DNA of 64,000 nucleotides from assembly GCF_001194135.2 (NCBI RefSeq), contig NC_068992.1, positions 49,944,330-50,008,329 of the forward strand, given 5' to 3'. Positions 11,342 through 23,413 of this stretch are shown piece by piece (the first letter of the stretch is position 1; each line of letters begins with the position of its first letter). The DNA is from Octopus bimaculoides (Eukaryota). Under the pieces are notes generated by a model, which saw nothing but the letters and a program-made list of their open reading frames with translations, made no database searches and was not told where the DNA came from. Position numbers and translations under genes: made by a program.

Positions 11342-11638
11342 GAGATATCTTCTAAACAATGAATATATCACAGCAACTGATTGCACATCACAAGGTTTAA
11401 CGGAACCTACTGAAGCAAGCCAGCACGCTTGCAGTATTACCACGGGCGATGGCGAGACTAAGACGTTGGGAAAGCCAAGCGCCCTCACAGACATGAATAT
11501 ATTATTAAACAGGTAACAAGAAAATGCGATAAAAGTATTGAGAAATAGTCGTTTGGATTCTACCTCTTGATTGATAATGACAAACAATAGCAAGCCCTGA
11601 AAATAATGGCACTGTACAGTTAAATGGAACATGAAATC

Positions 11639-12476
11639 CAGGAGTTCTCAACCACTGTGCCGCACAGAAAGAATAATTTTAAAACTTTATATAAATTTTA
11701 TCGACTAACACAGTCTGTAGGATGTTTTTGCATTATATATGTGTTATATGTATTTAATAATTAACCTAGTCCATTATCTGTCGCTATGCTACCGGGTAAC
11801 GACCCAGTCAAGATAAAATAGATCTTTCGACAGAAACCTACTGCAATAGTCACGTTGATATACTCAGAAACAACCTGTTTTTTTTTCTTTTTTGAAGAAA
11901 CAAATTTTAATTCTTTCACACACACACACTCTCTCTCTCTCTCCCTCACTGTAAGCCACTCTCAACAACAATAACAACCTCTCTTTATAGTGAAAATCGT
12001 TTATTAAAGTTTGTGTTGCGTCGTATGTATGTTGAAAGACATACAGAAACACATACATGGGCAAACAACCAAAAATATATCTATGTAATATATATACATA
12101 TATAAATCTGTGTTGTTTTGTGTAGTGTTGACAGACTTGCACTTAAAATACCCACTTTTTAAATCAAAACTTGTTAGTTACTATGGTGACAATGCTATTA
12201 TCTATCTGTTTGACTGGCTGGCTGTCCTACACACACACTCACTGTATTTCTGTTTCAACAACTTTTTCCTTCTAAACAACAACCCTCCCTCTAAATATAC
12301 ATTATGACAGTGTTATCTCCCCTTTTTGATTCTTTCCCCCTTCTCCCTCCCTCTAATAGATGTTCTCTTTTATAATCTACGATTATATATTTATTGTTAC
12401 GCGCGTGATCTCCCGATCTGTGGAAAATTCTTCTTGCAGAAAACCGTTCCGTAGGGCAAAAAGGTTGGGGACTAAC
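11639..12476. mobile_element. Degenerate hAT (Charlie-like) non-autonomous element
   Basis: Ends CAGGAGTTCTCAACC ... AAAAAGGTTGGGGACTA resemble the CAGGGGTCCCCAACC-type TIR; no clean TSD seen. Confidence 0.35.
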
Positions 12477-13396
12477 TTTTAATCTTAAAATTTACTCAAT
12501 AGCAGCTTCCCTTGTTAACCTCACCTTCCTCTTCAAGTGGTTCTGGAAGTTGGTGAGGGCTTGGCCTAAGAGGAAAACCTTTATCCTCACACCTTTCAAC
12601 AGCCAAATGTACCACACAACTTCCTTTACCATAGCCACTATACAGAGTAAAACTATTTGCTTTTCTCTGGCAAAGAAATGTGGTCGACCGATCAACTTAC
12701 CTGTAACTGTTACTTCTTGGCTATATATCGTGTAGGTAGATGTTTAGTGTAGATGAAAACGGAGACTGGCTGGTGTTAGATATAATGTTGCCGGAGACAA
12801 GTTGCGTGTGGTCAGCGGCGTGTGCCAAAGACCTAGAGCAGTCGAGAACTGCCGTTTTTTATAGAGAATAGTAGGTTCCTAGGAGCTGGTGATTAATTTC
12901 CCGCAAAAGGAAAAATGAACTGTTGCGCCAACACGAATGGACGGCTGGAAGCCGACCAATACAAACGACAGGTTCGTTTAATCACGGGGTTATGTGACCA
13001 GCTGGAGCGAAAAGATTTGTGGAGCCGATATCCGGGTATTTAAGCCTAGACGAGTCAAAACGGAAACATCTCACATATAATGACAGTGTAAATCACTTCT
13101 GCTACACCTCTATTTCCAGATCTTTGTATTTTGAGAGTTTCTCCGTTTCTTTTACAGATATGTTGTCATATTTTTGTCTTGAAGTACGAATAGAAATCTA
13201 CAGTACGAGTCAGTTTCATAAAGCGACTGCTAGTCAGCGCTGAACTCGCACGCGCTCTCCCAACATGCAAAGTCTCCGCTCGCTTAGTTAACGTGTTTAT
13301 CTCCTTGTGGCAGCATCCTTCTTGTGTTTTACCCAGTGTTTTTGCTTAGTTTTGTGCATTTTTTACTATTGTTTTAAATAATTAGTTGTCTTAGCC

Positions 13397-15038
13397 ATGG
13401 GCTCTAAAATGGTTAGCGCAAAGTACAATGCTGAGAAGAAGAAAAAGATGATTACGATAGAATTGAAGAAGAAAATCATTCATAAACACGAGAAAGGAGT
13501 GCGTGTAGTGGACATAGCACGTCAATACGACCGAAGCACGTCGATGATCTGCATCACCCTGAAGAAAAAGGAGGAAATCGAGGCCATTACAACAGCAAAC
13601 AGTGTCTCCAGGCTCTCCAAGCAACACACATCTGTTCACGAAAGAATGGAAAAATTGCTTCTCCTGTGGATCAACGAGAAGCAACTCGCAGGAGATACGA
13701 TTTCGGAGACCATCATCTGCGTGAAAGCGCAAGCGTTGTATGGGGATCTCCTGAAGCAGGACCCTGGAACATCGACGGAGGAGGAGACATTAGCAGACGC
13801 ATTTAAGGCCAGTCACGACTGGTTTGATAATTTCAAAAAGAATCTACATAACTGCAGAGGAGAAGAAAATACCAGGCCACAAGGCTATGAAAGATAGGCT
13901 AACTCTCAGCCTTTGTGCCAATGCGAGTGGAGACTTGAAGATTAAGCTGCTCCTTGTCTACCATTCTGAAAACCCACGAGCGTTCAAGTCGCACAAAATC
14001 CTGAAGGAGAAGCTGTAGGTCATGTGGAGGGCAAACGTTAAAGCCTGCGTTAGCAGGCAATACTTCTCCGAATGGGTCAGCCTTGTCTTCTGACCAGCAG
14101 TGAAAAAATAGCTTCTGGAGAAAATATCTTCCTCTCAAAGCCCTCCTCATTCTCGACAATGCTCCTGCTCACCCTCCTAATTTCGAAGGTGATATCATGG
14201 ATAAATTTAAATTTATAAAAGTTCTTTATCATTCACGCAACACCACTTCTATCTTGCAGTCCATGGACCAACAAGTGATTTCTAATTTTAAAAAATTGTA
14301 CACCAAACACCTATTTCGTCGACGCTTTGAAGTCACCGAAAATACAAATCTGACCTTCGTAAGTTTTGGAAGGAGTACTACAATATTGTAAACCGTCTGA
14401 AAAATCATCGATATGGCCTGGCAGAGTGTAACGAGGAGAACGCTGAATTCTGCATGGAGGAAACTGTGGCCTGACTGCGTATCCGAAAAAGACTTCGAGG
14501 GGTTTGAGTTTGAAATCCCTGTAGTCGGGAAGACAGTGTCTCTTGGCAAGTCCATGGGCCTCGAGGTTGATGATGAGGACATTAACGATCTCATCGAAGA
14601 ACACTCAGAGGAGCTGACGACAGATGAACTTCTGCATCATTAGGAGCAGCACATTTGGATGCGGTGGAAGAGATTGGTTCCCTGGAGGAGGACAATGTAG
14701 CGGAGAAGGCTATCTCTAGCAGTGAAATAAAGGCAGTGTTGGCAAAGTGGCAGTATGTTTCTGAATTCATAGAAAAATATCATCCTAAAAAAGTAGCTCC
14801 AGGTTGTGCAGTTACTTTATTTAATGACACTGTTCTGGCGCATTTTCGTAACATTTTGAAAGGCAGGAAAAAGCAGACTTCGCTTGATATGTTTCTAATG
14901 AAACGACCTGTAAATGTGAAAAGTGAAGAAAGTGTGTCCAAAAAGCCTAAATCAAACGAAGTGAGAGAGAAAATGCTAGAAATTGTTCTTCCTGAAGTTT
15001 TAATGGAAAGTGATTCTCCTTCCAAACAGATTTGCTGA
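13397..15038 (+). pseudogene. Decayed Tigger/pogo-family transposase (CENP-B-type HTH + DDE_1)
   Basis: MGSKMVS...KKKKMITIELKKKIIHKHEKGVRVVDIARQY (HTH_psq-like), HERMEKLLLLWINEKQ (HTH CENPB), ASHDWFDNFKK, KDRLTL..CANASGD, LILDNAPAHP, SILQSMDQQVISNFKK; several frameshifts and stops. Confidence 0.92.
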
Positions 15039-16649
15039 AGATAGCAGCCAAATAGGTAAATAGTATACCTCAAACCCGTATCCCGTTATCTTGAAAAAGG
15101 ATACGTTGGATAATGTAGCGTGGGCTCTCTGCACATAAGAAAAAGTGGGACAGTCACGGATCGGCTTAATGAGGATGGCCGGGGGCTAAACAACAAGACG
15201 TTTTCGTCGCTCAACAGCTCTTCTTTTGAAATATATATATTTCCATAAATAAGCATAGATAATTGAGTAGAGTCAATTAGAATGACTTATAATTCTTGAT
15301 TCTTACTTTTTTATCGACGGCAGATACAACCAAACAAGCTATTGAGGGTTTCGGCTGAAACACGAACAAGGGAGGTAACTCTAAAGCAATTTGGAAGCCG
15401 CACACACGCTTGCTTCGGCTGTGGATAGAATTCTGAAGACGATCCACCACTCTGTGATGAATGCCTTCACAGTTGTGATTAAACCGACTCTGCTGCTTCC
15501 ACACCAAGGTGACCTGGCTACCGATTGTCCAGAGATGTAGCGCTTGTACAGACGAAAAATAAATATTGTTATTTGTTTCGGAGATCTTGTTCCGCTTTTA
15601 TTTTCGTACCAAACTGCATTTCCTACACTTTCATTTTCAATCCTACGTTTATTGTAGAACATTTTTACATTTAGGGACGTTATTTTTTAGTTTCTCTGTT
15701 CTATACAACATTTTGATGGGTCTTCGGTTTCTCATTTATGCACATATTCATATTCCTTGGTTTAACTTGAATCCAGAACTATTTTTTTTACTTAATGCAG
15801 ATCCAACCTCCTTTGTTATTATGATGTAATTCAAAGTCAGTCGAACAAATTAGCTGCAACAAGCAGTGTTGTCGACTAGATATCTCATTAGGTATTATGA
15901 CTACGACCCTGCAAGTATACCTCCGTACGGGCACTTCGTAGTCGAGAAACACTAGCGAACCGGTTGTTTCTTTGCTATCTTTTGAAGTACCTTGTGCTTC
16001 AAAACAACAAAATTAATATAGAAAGGGTTATGAATTCCATAACCATTTTGTGGTGCAGTGTTAGCCATAAACAGTTCTTCACTCGGTAATAATATCCTGT
16101 CATCAATCTTGTCGGTTTGGCTCACACTTTTTAAAATTTTACAATTAAGTTACATCAATAAACCAAATTGTCTATGATGAATTCATTAATTTTATATCTA
16201 ATTTTCCATGCTAGCATGGGTTGGATGCAAAATTAATCTAAAAATAAGCATTTTATGGCTAGTTGCCCTTCCTCTTACCAACCTTTCCCTGTTTGTCAAA
16301 TCGGCTGTTTTTTTCCCCCTACTCCTTCATCGTCATCAATATTTAACATGCATTTTCCATGCTAGCTTGACAGGAACTGGCAAAGCCAGGTCTCATAGTT
16401 TGTTCCGGCTTGATTTCTACAGCTGGATGCTCTTCCTAACACCAACTGCTTTACTAAATGTCCTGGGTGCTTTTCATGTGGCACTTTGGTTTTCAGATGG
16501 AAATGCAAAACAACTGCTCTTATTGTCAACAGGAAATGAATGATTGTTTATTTTTGGAAGGACATTGTGGGGTAGGTGTGAGAGGTCAGACCTGACCAGT
16601 TTAAGCATAAAACAGGTAGAAAATTTGGGCCGGATATGGCTGTTTTAAA

Positions 16650-17210
16650 TTAAGTTCAGTAACTGACTGGTATTTAATTTTATTGATCTTAATCAACTGG
16701 TATTTAAGTACAATGAACTTGTTAATCAGTCAACTACAATAGCTGATTGATAATTACATTAGTGTTTTAGTAACTAACTAGTTAATTGACATAGCAACCT
16801 CATTAATTGATTGCTATTTAAATAATCAACCTCAGTAATTGACCAGTACTTAATTGAATTGACCTCGATTAATGACTGGTAGTTAATTATCTTAATCAAC
16901 CTTAGTTATCAACTAATACTTAACATATTGATTTAAATCAACCTCAGTAACAGACAGGTAATTAATTATCGACTGCTACATAATTACGAGATTGATTGCC
17001 ACATAATTATATCAATTTTAGTAATTAAATATATAATTTAATTACATTGATCTCACCCATTAATTGAACCAGTAGTTGATTGTTATTAATTTATCCACTT
17101 TAGGAGACTAAAAAGTAAGTGTAATATCACTAGAATTTGAACTCAGATGCTACGAGTTAAATAATGCAAAGCATTTTAACCACTGCACCACCAGTTTTAC
17201 CACCTCCCAC
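16650..17210 (-). repeat. Degenerate tandem expansion of a SINE-A internal segment, ending in a SINE head
   Basis: Repeated variants of 'aatcaacctcagtaattgac[c/t]ggtacttaatt' between 16650 and 17100, followed by 'gaatttgaactcag...gcatttta'. Confidence 0.6.
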
Positions 17211-18510
17211 CTTCACTACTTATTGCCTGCTATACACTGTGTCCATCACAAAAACTTATTACTAATGTTTTTTTTGTCATTACAAAATCTATTATTCTTT
17301 TATTTGTTCCTCAGTCACAGTGACCTTGCATCATGTTTGAATAGGACTCTTCACCTGCAACAAATCCTTTGTTCTTTTATGTAACCAGGTGTTTTTTAAG
17401 CCTTGTTATGAACACATTTCAAGTGTACGTGTTTTCAAACACATTTGTACATGCATACATATACACACATACACCTGAATACGTTTCACCCTCCCAACAT
17501 GTGTGTGTATGTATATCTATCTATCTATCTATCTATATCTATATATATATACATATAATTTTTCATAGGAAAATATGTAATCGTTACCAATATAGCAGGA
17601 GATTTCACTGCAAAAAAGTCTAAATTAGACTCCTTAGGGATCGTTCTCCTTGTTTATATATATCCAAAGTTCTAAATTTTTTAATTTAAGAGAGATTTGA
17701 CGCTAATATCCATTATTAATGTAATTTATTCCTAATAATGGATATTAGTGTCAAATCTCTCTCTTAAATTTAAAAATTTAAAACTTTGGATATACATATA
17801 TATATATATATGTATTCTGATATATGTTTCAGCCCTAAGGCTGTGGCCATGCTGGGCATATATATATATATATATATATATAAGCTTGGAGATAGATATT
17901 ATCCAGGTGGATACCGTATTAACTCTCTGTTAAGTTCCAGTTAATGGCTAACCACTTCGATCAGTATTTAGAGCCTGTTGACTACAATTTGCTGTTAGTC
18001 ACTCTGGAGATTCTTCCAATGGGTAATTTCATGTATGCTTAACTGCACAGCAAAGATTGTTTGGAATATTCTTTATTATTAATGATATNNNNNNNNNNAT
18101 ATATATATGATATGATATATATCATGCTAACATGGAAAATGGACATTAAAGGATGATGATGATATACATATATACATTACTGTATCAATGAGACTATCAG
18201 ATGTTGTAGCTTTCAAATGATGCCATCCCACTGGCAAAGTGGGCAAACTAACACTCTCCTTCTTAAATGGAACACTGGCCAACTCCTGTCAAACTGTCCA
18301 ACCCATATTGGCATGGAAAACAAACATTAAATGATGATGTTGATATATATACAGCCAGAGGTGGGCACCACCAATCGAAAAGTTAACTTCGTTAATCTGT
18401 TAACCAAAAAGTTGACCTTGCCAGGATTTGAACACAGAATGTACAGAGCCAAAATAACTGCTTCTAAGCACTTTGTCCAACACGCTAATGATTCTTTCAG
18501 CTTACCCCCT

Positions 18511-19399
18511 TAATACTGGTTTCAGATTTAGGCAGAAGGCCAGCAATTTTAGGGAAGGGGTTAAGTTGATTACATTGATCCCAGGGTTCAGTTGCTACTT
18601 ATTTTACCGACCCTGAAAGGATGAAAGGCAAAGTCAACTTTGGGTCAGGTTTGAATCAGAATGCAAAGACAAACGAAATGCCGCTAAGCATTTTGGCCAG
18701 TGGGCTAATGGTTCTGCCAGCTCACTAGCTTGCTTAACACCTTAATATTGCTGAGACCCCCTTCGGTCATGACTGACCATGGGATTGCACCAGAAAGTTA
18801 CCCTCCCAGGGACAAGTCTGGGCAAGGTTGTTTATGGAAGACCAGCAGTCGCCCATGCATACCCATGCCACCAGTGTTATCCAAGGGCTGATACACCTTA
18901 ATATTAATAGTTGCAATAACATAAATAATAATGATTTCAAATTTTTGCTACAAGGACAACTTGGGTGAGAGGGATTAAGTCGATTACACTGACCCCAATG
19001 CGTAACTGGTACTTATTTAATCGACCCCGAAAGGATGAAAGACAAAGTCAACCTTGGCAGAATTTGAACTTAGAACATAAAGACGGATGAAATACCGCCA
19101 AGCATTTCACCTGGTATGCTAACGATTCTGCCAGCTTGCTGTCTTAAGATAAATAATAATAATGATAATAATAATAATAATAATAATCCTTTCTACTATA
19201 GGCACAAGGTCTGAAATTTTGGGGGAGGGGCTAGTTGATTACATTGACCCCAGTACTCAACTGGTATTTATTTCATTGACCCTGAAAGGATGAAAGGCAA
19301 AGTTGGCCTTCCTGGATTTTGAACTCAGAACATGAAACCAGATGAAATACCGCTAAGCATTTTGCCCGGCATGCTAACGACCTGCCAGGTCGCTGCCTT
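18511..19399 (-). mobile_element. Cluster of 3-4 SINE-A copies separated by (AAT)n
   Basis: Copies at ~18511-18730, ~18940-19145 and ~19189-19399. Confidence 0.8.
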
Positions 19400-20454
19400 A
19401 ATAATAATAATAATAATAATAATGATAATAATAATAATAATAATAATGATAACATTAGTAGCAGTAATAGTAACACCATTAGCAATATGGAGACAGGAGG
19501 TTACGAATGGTGGGTATGTGATAACACAAAACATATACAAGTTTCAGTTAGAAATATAAATACATTTTCCATTTTTTTGAGGGGCAGGGTTGTTTTCCAT
19601 GTATAAGACATCATATAGAATCATTATTCAGGAGGGGTTAAAAATTCATTTATTTATTTATTTATTTATTCATTTATTTATTGATCCACAGGGAAGTAGT
19701 AAAAAACAAAAAAAAAAAACAAAACAAAACATAATAATAAATATAAACAATTCCCAACCCTCCCCTCAACAATCATCATTATTATTTTGTTGTTGTAATA
19801 GAAGTGATAATAGTAGTAGTAGCAGTATTGGTTGTTGTTGTTATTGTTATTGTTGTTGTTGTTGGTGTCTTTAATCTGCNNNNNNNNNNNNNNNNNNNNN
19901 NNNNNNNNNNNNNNNNNNNNNNNNNNNNNNNNNNNNNNNNNNNNNNNNNNNNNNNNNNNNNNNNNNNNNNNNNNNNNNNNNNNNNNNNNNNNNNNNNNNN
20001 NNNNNNNNNNNNNNNNNNNNNNNNNNNNNNNNNNNNNNNNNNNNNNNNNNNNNNNNNNNNNNNNNNNNNNNNNNNNNNNNNNNNNNNNNNNNNNNNNNNN
20101 NNNNNNNNNNNNNNNNNNNNNNNNNNNNNNNNNNNNNNNNNNNNNNNNNNNNNNNNNNNNNNNNNNNNNNNNNNNNNNNNNNNNNNNNNNNNNNNNNNNN
20201 NNNNNNNNNNNNNNNNNNNNNNNNNNNNNNNNNNNNNNNNNNNNNNNNNNNNNNNNNNNNNNNNNNNNNNNNNNNNNNNNNNNNNNNNNNNNNNNNNNNN
20301 NNNNNNNNNNNNNNNNNNNNNNNNNNNNNNNNNNNNNNNNNNNNNNNNNNNNNNNNNNNNNNNNNNNNNNNNNNNNNNNNNNNNNNNNNNNNNNNNNNNN
20401 NNNNNNNNNNNNNNNNNNNNNNNNNNNNNNNNNNNNNNNNNNNNNNNNNNNNNN

Positions 20455-20506
<52 letters not shown>

Positions 20507-20530
20507 TATATATTTATATATGTATATGTT

Positions 20531-20562
<32 letters not shown>

Positions 20563-21014
20563 CACACACACATACACAAATGTGTATATGTATATATGCA
20601 AGTGTGTGTATGTGTATGTATGTACATGTGAGTGTGTGAAAGAGGGACTATATATACATGTTCAAGTTATTTTAAAGCAAGTTTAAGAATAACGACTAAA
20701 CATTTATACTGATGGGGGGGGGGGGGGNNNNNNNNNNGACTAAACATTTATACTGATGGGGGGGGGGGGGAGACTCAATACTAAAAACAGAGTCATCAGA
20801 ATTATCATAAAATTCTTTCTGATTGGGACTTCAAATTTCCTTTCGATGGTTTATTCAACCAGTTGCATAAGCTGTAAGGAAACCTCAAGAGTCCCAATCA
20901 AAATGAATTTTCTAACACACACACGCATACATATGTATACATATACAATATATATACACACACACATACATATATAGACATGTGTATGTGTTGCAGCTTG
21001 GAATACAGTGAGAT

Positions 21015-21063
<49 letters not shown>

Positions 21064-21125
21064 AAGAGAGAGCTGCCAGTGTGAGCACCATTATGTGACA
21101 GTCCATTTTATTTCTCCTCCAGCCC

Positions 21126-22352
21126 CTACCGAGACAAACTAGACAGGGTGTTTGTAGATACATTAGTGCCCTGTCGACTTCCACCACTATTGTCTTCCCC
21201 ACTATTGTCTTCATATCCAACTTGGTAAAGAAGAAAATGGGGGTAGAGAGCTTCAACAATGTCCCCACGACCCATCTCTTTCAGTCTATTCACTAATATG
21301 GTCACAGTGGCATTAGAGTCTGATGACCATTCTTCTAGTGTTCGATTCGTTTTGCTTTCGTGCTTGTTGCTGCTGGAATCCAGTGAAGGGAGAACTTTTG
21401 TAAGCCCAAGTGTTACAGCTAGCAGGCACCAGTCTCGCCCCATCGGTTCAGCAGGGTCGAGCATGGCACTCAAAATACGTCTCGCATGGATAGTCAGCAT
21501 AGAAATATGCAAGTCCACCCCCAATGTAACATTATCCATGACATCAGGGGAACCGAGGAAAATAACCTCTGCGATGCATTCTGGTTCCATTTTGTCCAAT
21601 TTGACACTAAGGGTATGATTCAGTTGACATTCAATGAGCTGTCTTGGAGAATAGCTGGATACCACTTTTACATGTTCTTCTAGCTGTCCCCTGTGAAGTA
21701 TGTGTCGCTCTATTTGAAAATAGGGACAGATGTCATGAATGATTTGTTCGACAGCTGTGACAAAGTCCTCGAGGAAGTAGAAAACTGCTGTCCGAGATTC
21801 TTTTGGACCACGGACTTTGATTTCAAAGAATTGTTCATTTTTGTCCATGTTTAGGATTCCTTCTAACTCACCACAGCAGTATTTGGAACCGTGGTGCCAC
21901 TGGTACAAATCAAGTGAAGGATCATCATTCTCCAGCACCAAAGTCCTTCTCAGCTGTACCTGAACTCTCGGGAAGAGGTATTTGAACTGATTACCGGAAT
22001 CTGACACAGATATTATCCGCATCCCGCCGTAGATAGCATCTGCATAGTGTTGAGAGTCCTTCTGCCAGAGACCATTCAGGGTTTCAACGAAATTCAAACA
22101 AGGGAATTCATATTCGACGTCACCATCATTGTCACATTGTGTACAGACTTCGAGACATTCGAGAACCTTAAGCAAGTCTAGAGCATCAGTTTCGGGGTAC
22201 ATTAGTTGAAATTCATCGATGGTAAAACAACCTGTAATCCGAGTCTGGAGGATCTTGTCATGAGAAATGAGGTTTCCAATGACATCCGTACACAACCAGT
22301 TGGGGTGGAGTACCACAAGGTCAGGCCCAGTTTCATTTTCAAGGTAAATCAC
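21126..22352 (-). CDS. DAPK1: DAPK1 terminal exon: COR + death domain, stop TAG
   Basis: ttttcag acceptor; 408 codons to TAG; lies within ORF 21126..22457. Confidence 0.96.
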   Translation of the reverse strand: MIYLENETGPDLVVLHPNWLCTDVIGNLISHDKILQTRITGCFTIDEFQLMYPETDALDLLKVLECLEVCTQCDNDGDVEYEFPCLNFVETLNGLWQKDSQHYADAIYGGMRIISVSDSGNQFKYLFPRVQVQLRRTLVLENDDPSLDLYQWHHGSKYCCGELEGILNMDKNEQFFEIKVRGPKESRTAVFYFLEDFVTAVEQIIHDICPYFQIERHILHRGQLEEHVKVVSSYSPRQLIECQLNHTLSVKLDKMEPECIAEVIFLGSPDVMDNVTLGVDLHISMLTIHARRILSAMLDPAEPMGRDWCLLAVTLGLTKVLPSLDSSSNKHESKTNRTLEEWSSDSNATVTILVNRLKEMGRGDIVEALYPHFLLYQVGYEDNSGEDNSGGSRQGTNVSTNTLSSLSR

Positions 22353-22605
22353 CTGAAAAGTAAATAATAATGTTGTTAGTATAATAATAATAATAATCCT
22401 TTCTACTAAAGGTACAAGGCCAGAAATTTGGGAGAGGGGACTAGTCAAATGCATCAACCCCAGTACTCAACTGGTACTTTATTGATCCCCAAAAGAATGA
22501 AAAGCAAAGTCAACCCTGGCAGAATTTGAACTCAGAATGTAGCAGCAGATGAAATACTGCTAAGCATTTTACCTGGCGTGTTAACGATTCTGCCAGCTCG
22601 CCACC

Positions 22606-22669
<64 letters not shown>

Positions 22670-23365
22670 GAATAATAATCTTTTCTACTGGAAGCACGAG
22701 GCCTCAAATTTGGGGGAAGGGATTAAGTTGATTACATCGACCCCAGTGCGTAACTGGTACTTATTTGATTGACCCTGAAAGGATGAAAGGCAAAGTTGAC
22801 CCCGGCAGAATTTGAACTCGGAATGTAAAGACAGACGATATACCACTAAGCATTTCGCCCAGCGTGCAACTGATTCAGTCAGCTCACCGCCTTAATAATA
22901 ATAATAATAACAATGGTTTAAAATTTTGGTACAGGGCCAGGAATTTTAGGGGAGGGAATAAGTTGATTACATTGACCCCAGTGCACAACTGGTACTTATT
23001 CTATTGACTCCGAAAGACCAAAAGGCAAAGTTAACCTCGGTGACGTTTGAACTCAGAACAGACAGATGAAATGCCACTAAGCGTTTTGCTTGGTGTGCTA
23101 ATGATTCTGTCAGCTTGCCCTCTTGATAATAATAACAATAATAACAATCCTTTCTACTATAGGCACAAAGCCTGGGTTTTGTGGGGAGGGGAACAGCCGA
23201 TCACACTGGCACCAGTACTCAACTGCTACTTAATTTATCGATCCTGAAAGGATGGAAGGCAAAGTTGACCTCGGTGGAATTTGAACTCAGAACATTGGGG
23301 CAGACACAGACAAAATACCGCTAAGCATTTCGCCCAGCTTGCTGACAATTTTGCCAGCTCACCTC

Positions 23366-23413
<48 letters not shown>

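Noticed and set aside
15340-15470. Faint resemblance to U3 snoRNA (GAAGCCG..GCTT.GGCT, TGATGA)
   Set aside because: No box A 5' sequence, no box B GAGCGTGA and no terminal box D CTGA; not supportable.
17944-18042. Small plus-strand ORF MANHFDQYLEPVDYNLLLVTLEILPMG with a possible donor
   Set aside because: Only 32 codons, no homology recognised, no partner exons found.
19804-20686. Long ORFs through N-runs (also at 40734, 42788, 48498-49752, 50796, 60027)
   Set aside because: They are open only because N codons contain no stops.
20694-20770. Direct duplication 'gactaaacatttatactgatggggg' around a 10-N gap
   Set aside because: Typical contig-overlap artefact at a poly-G run.
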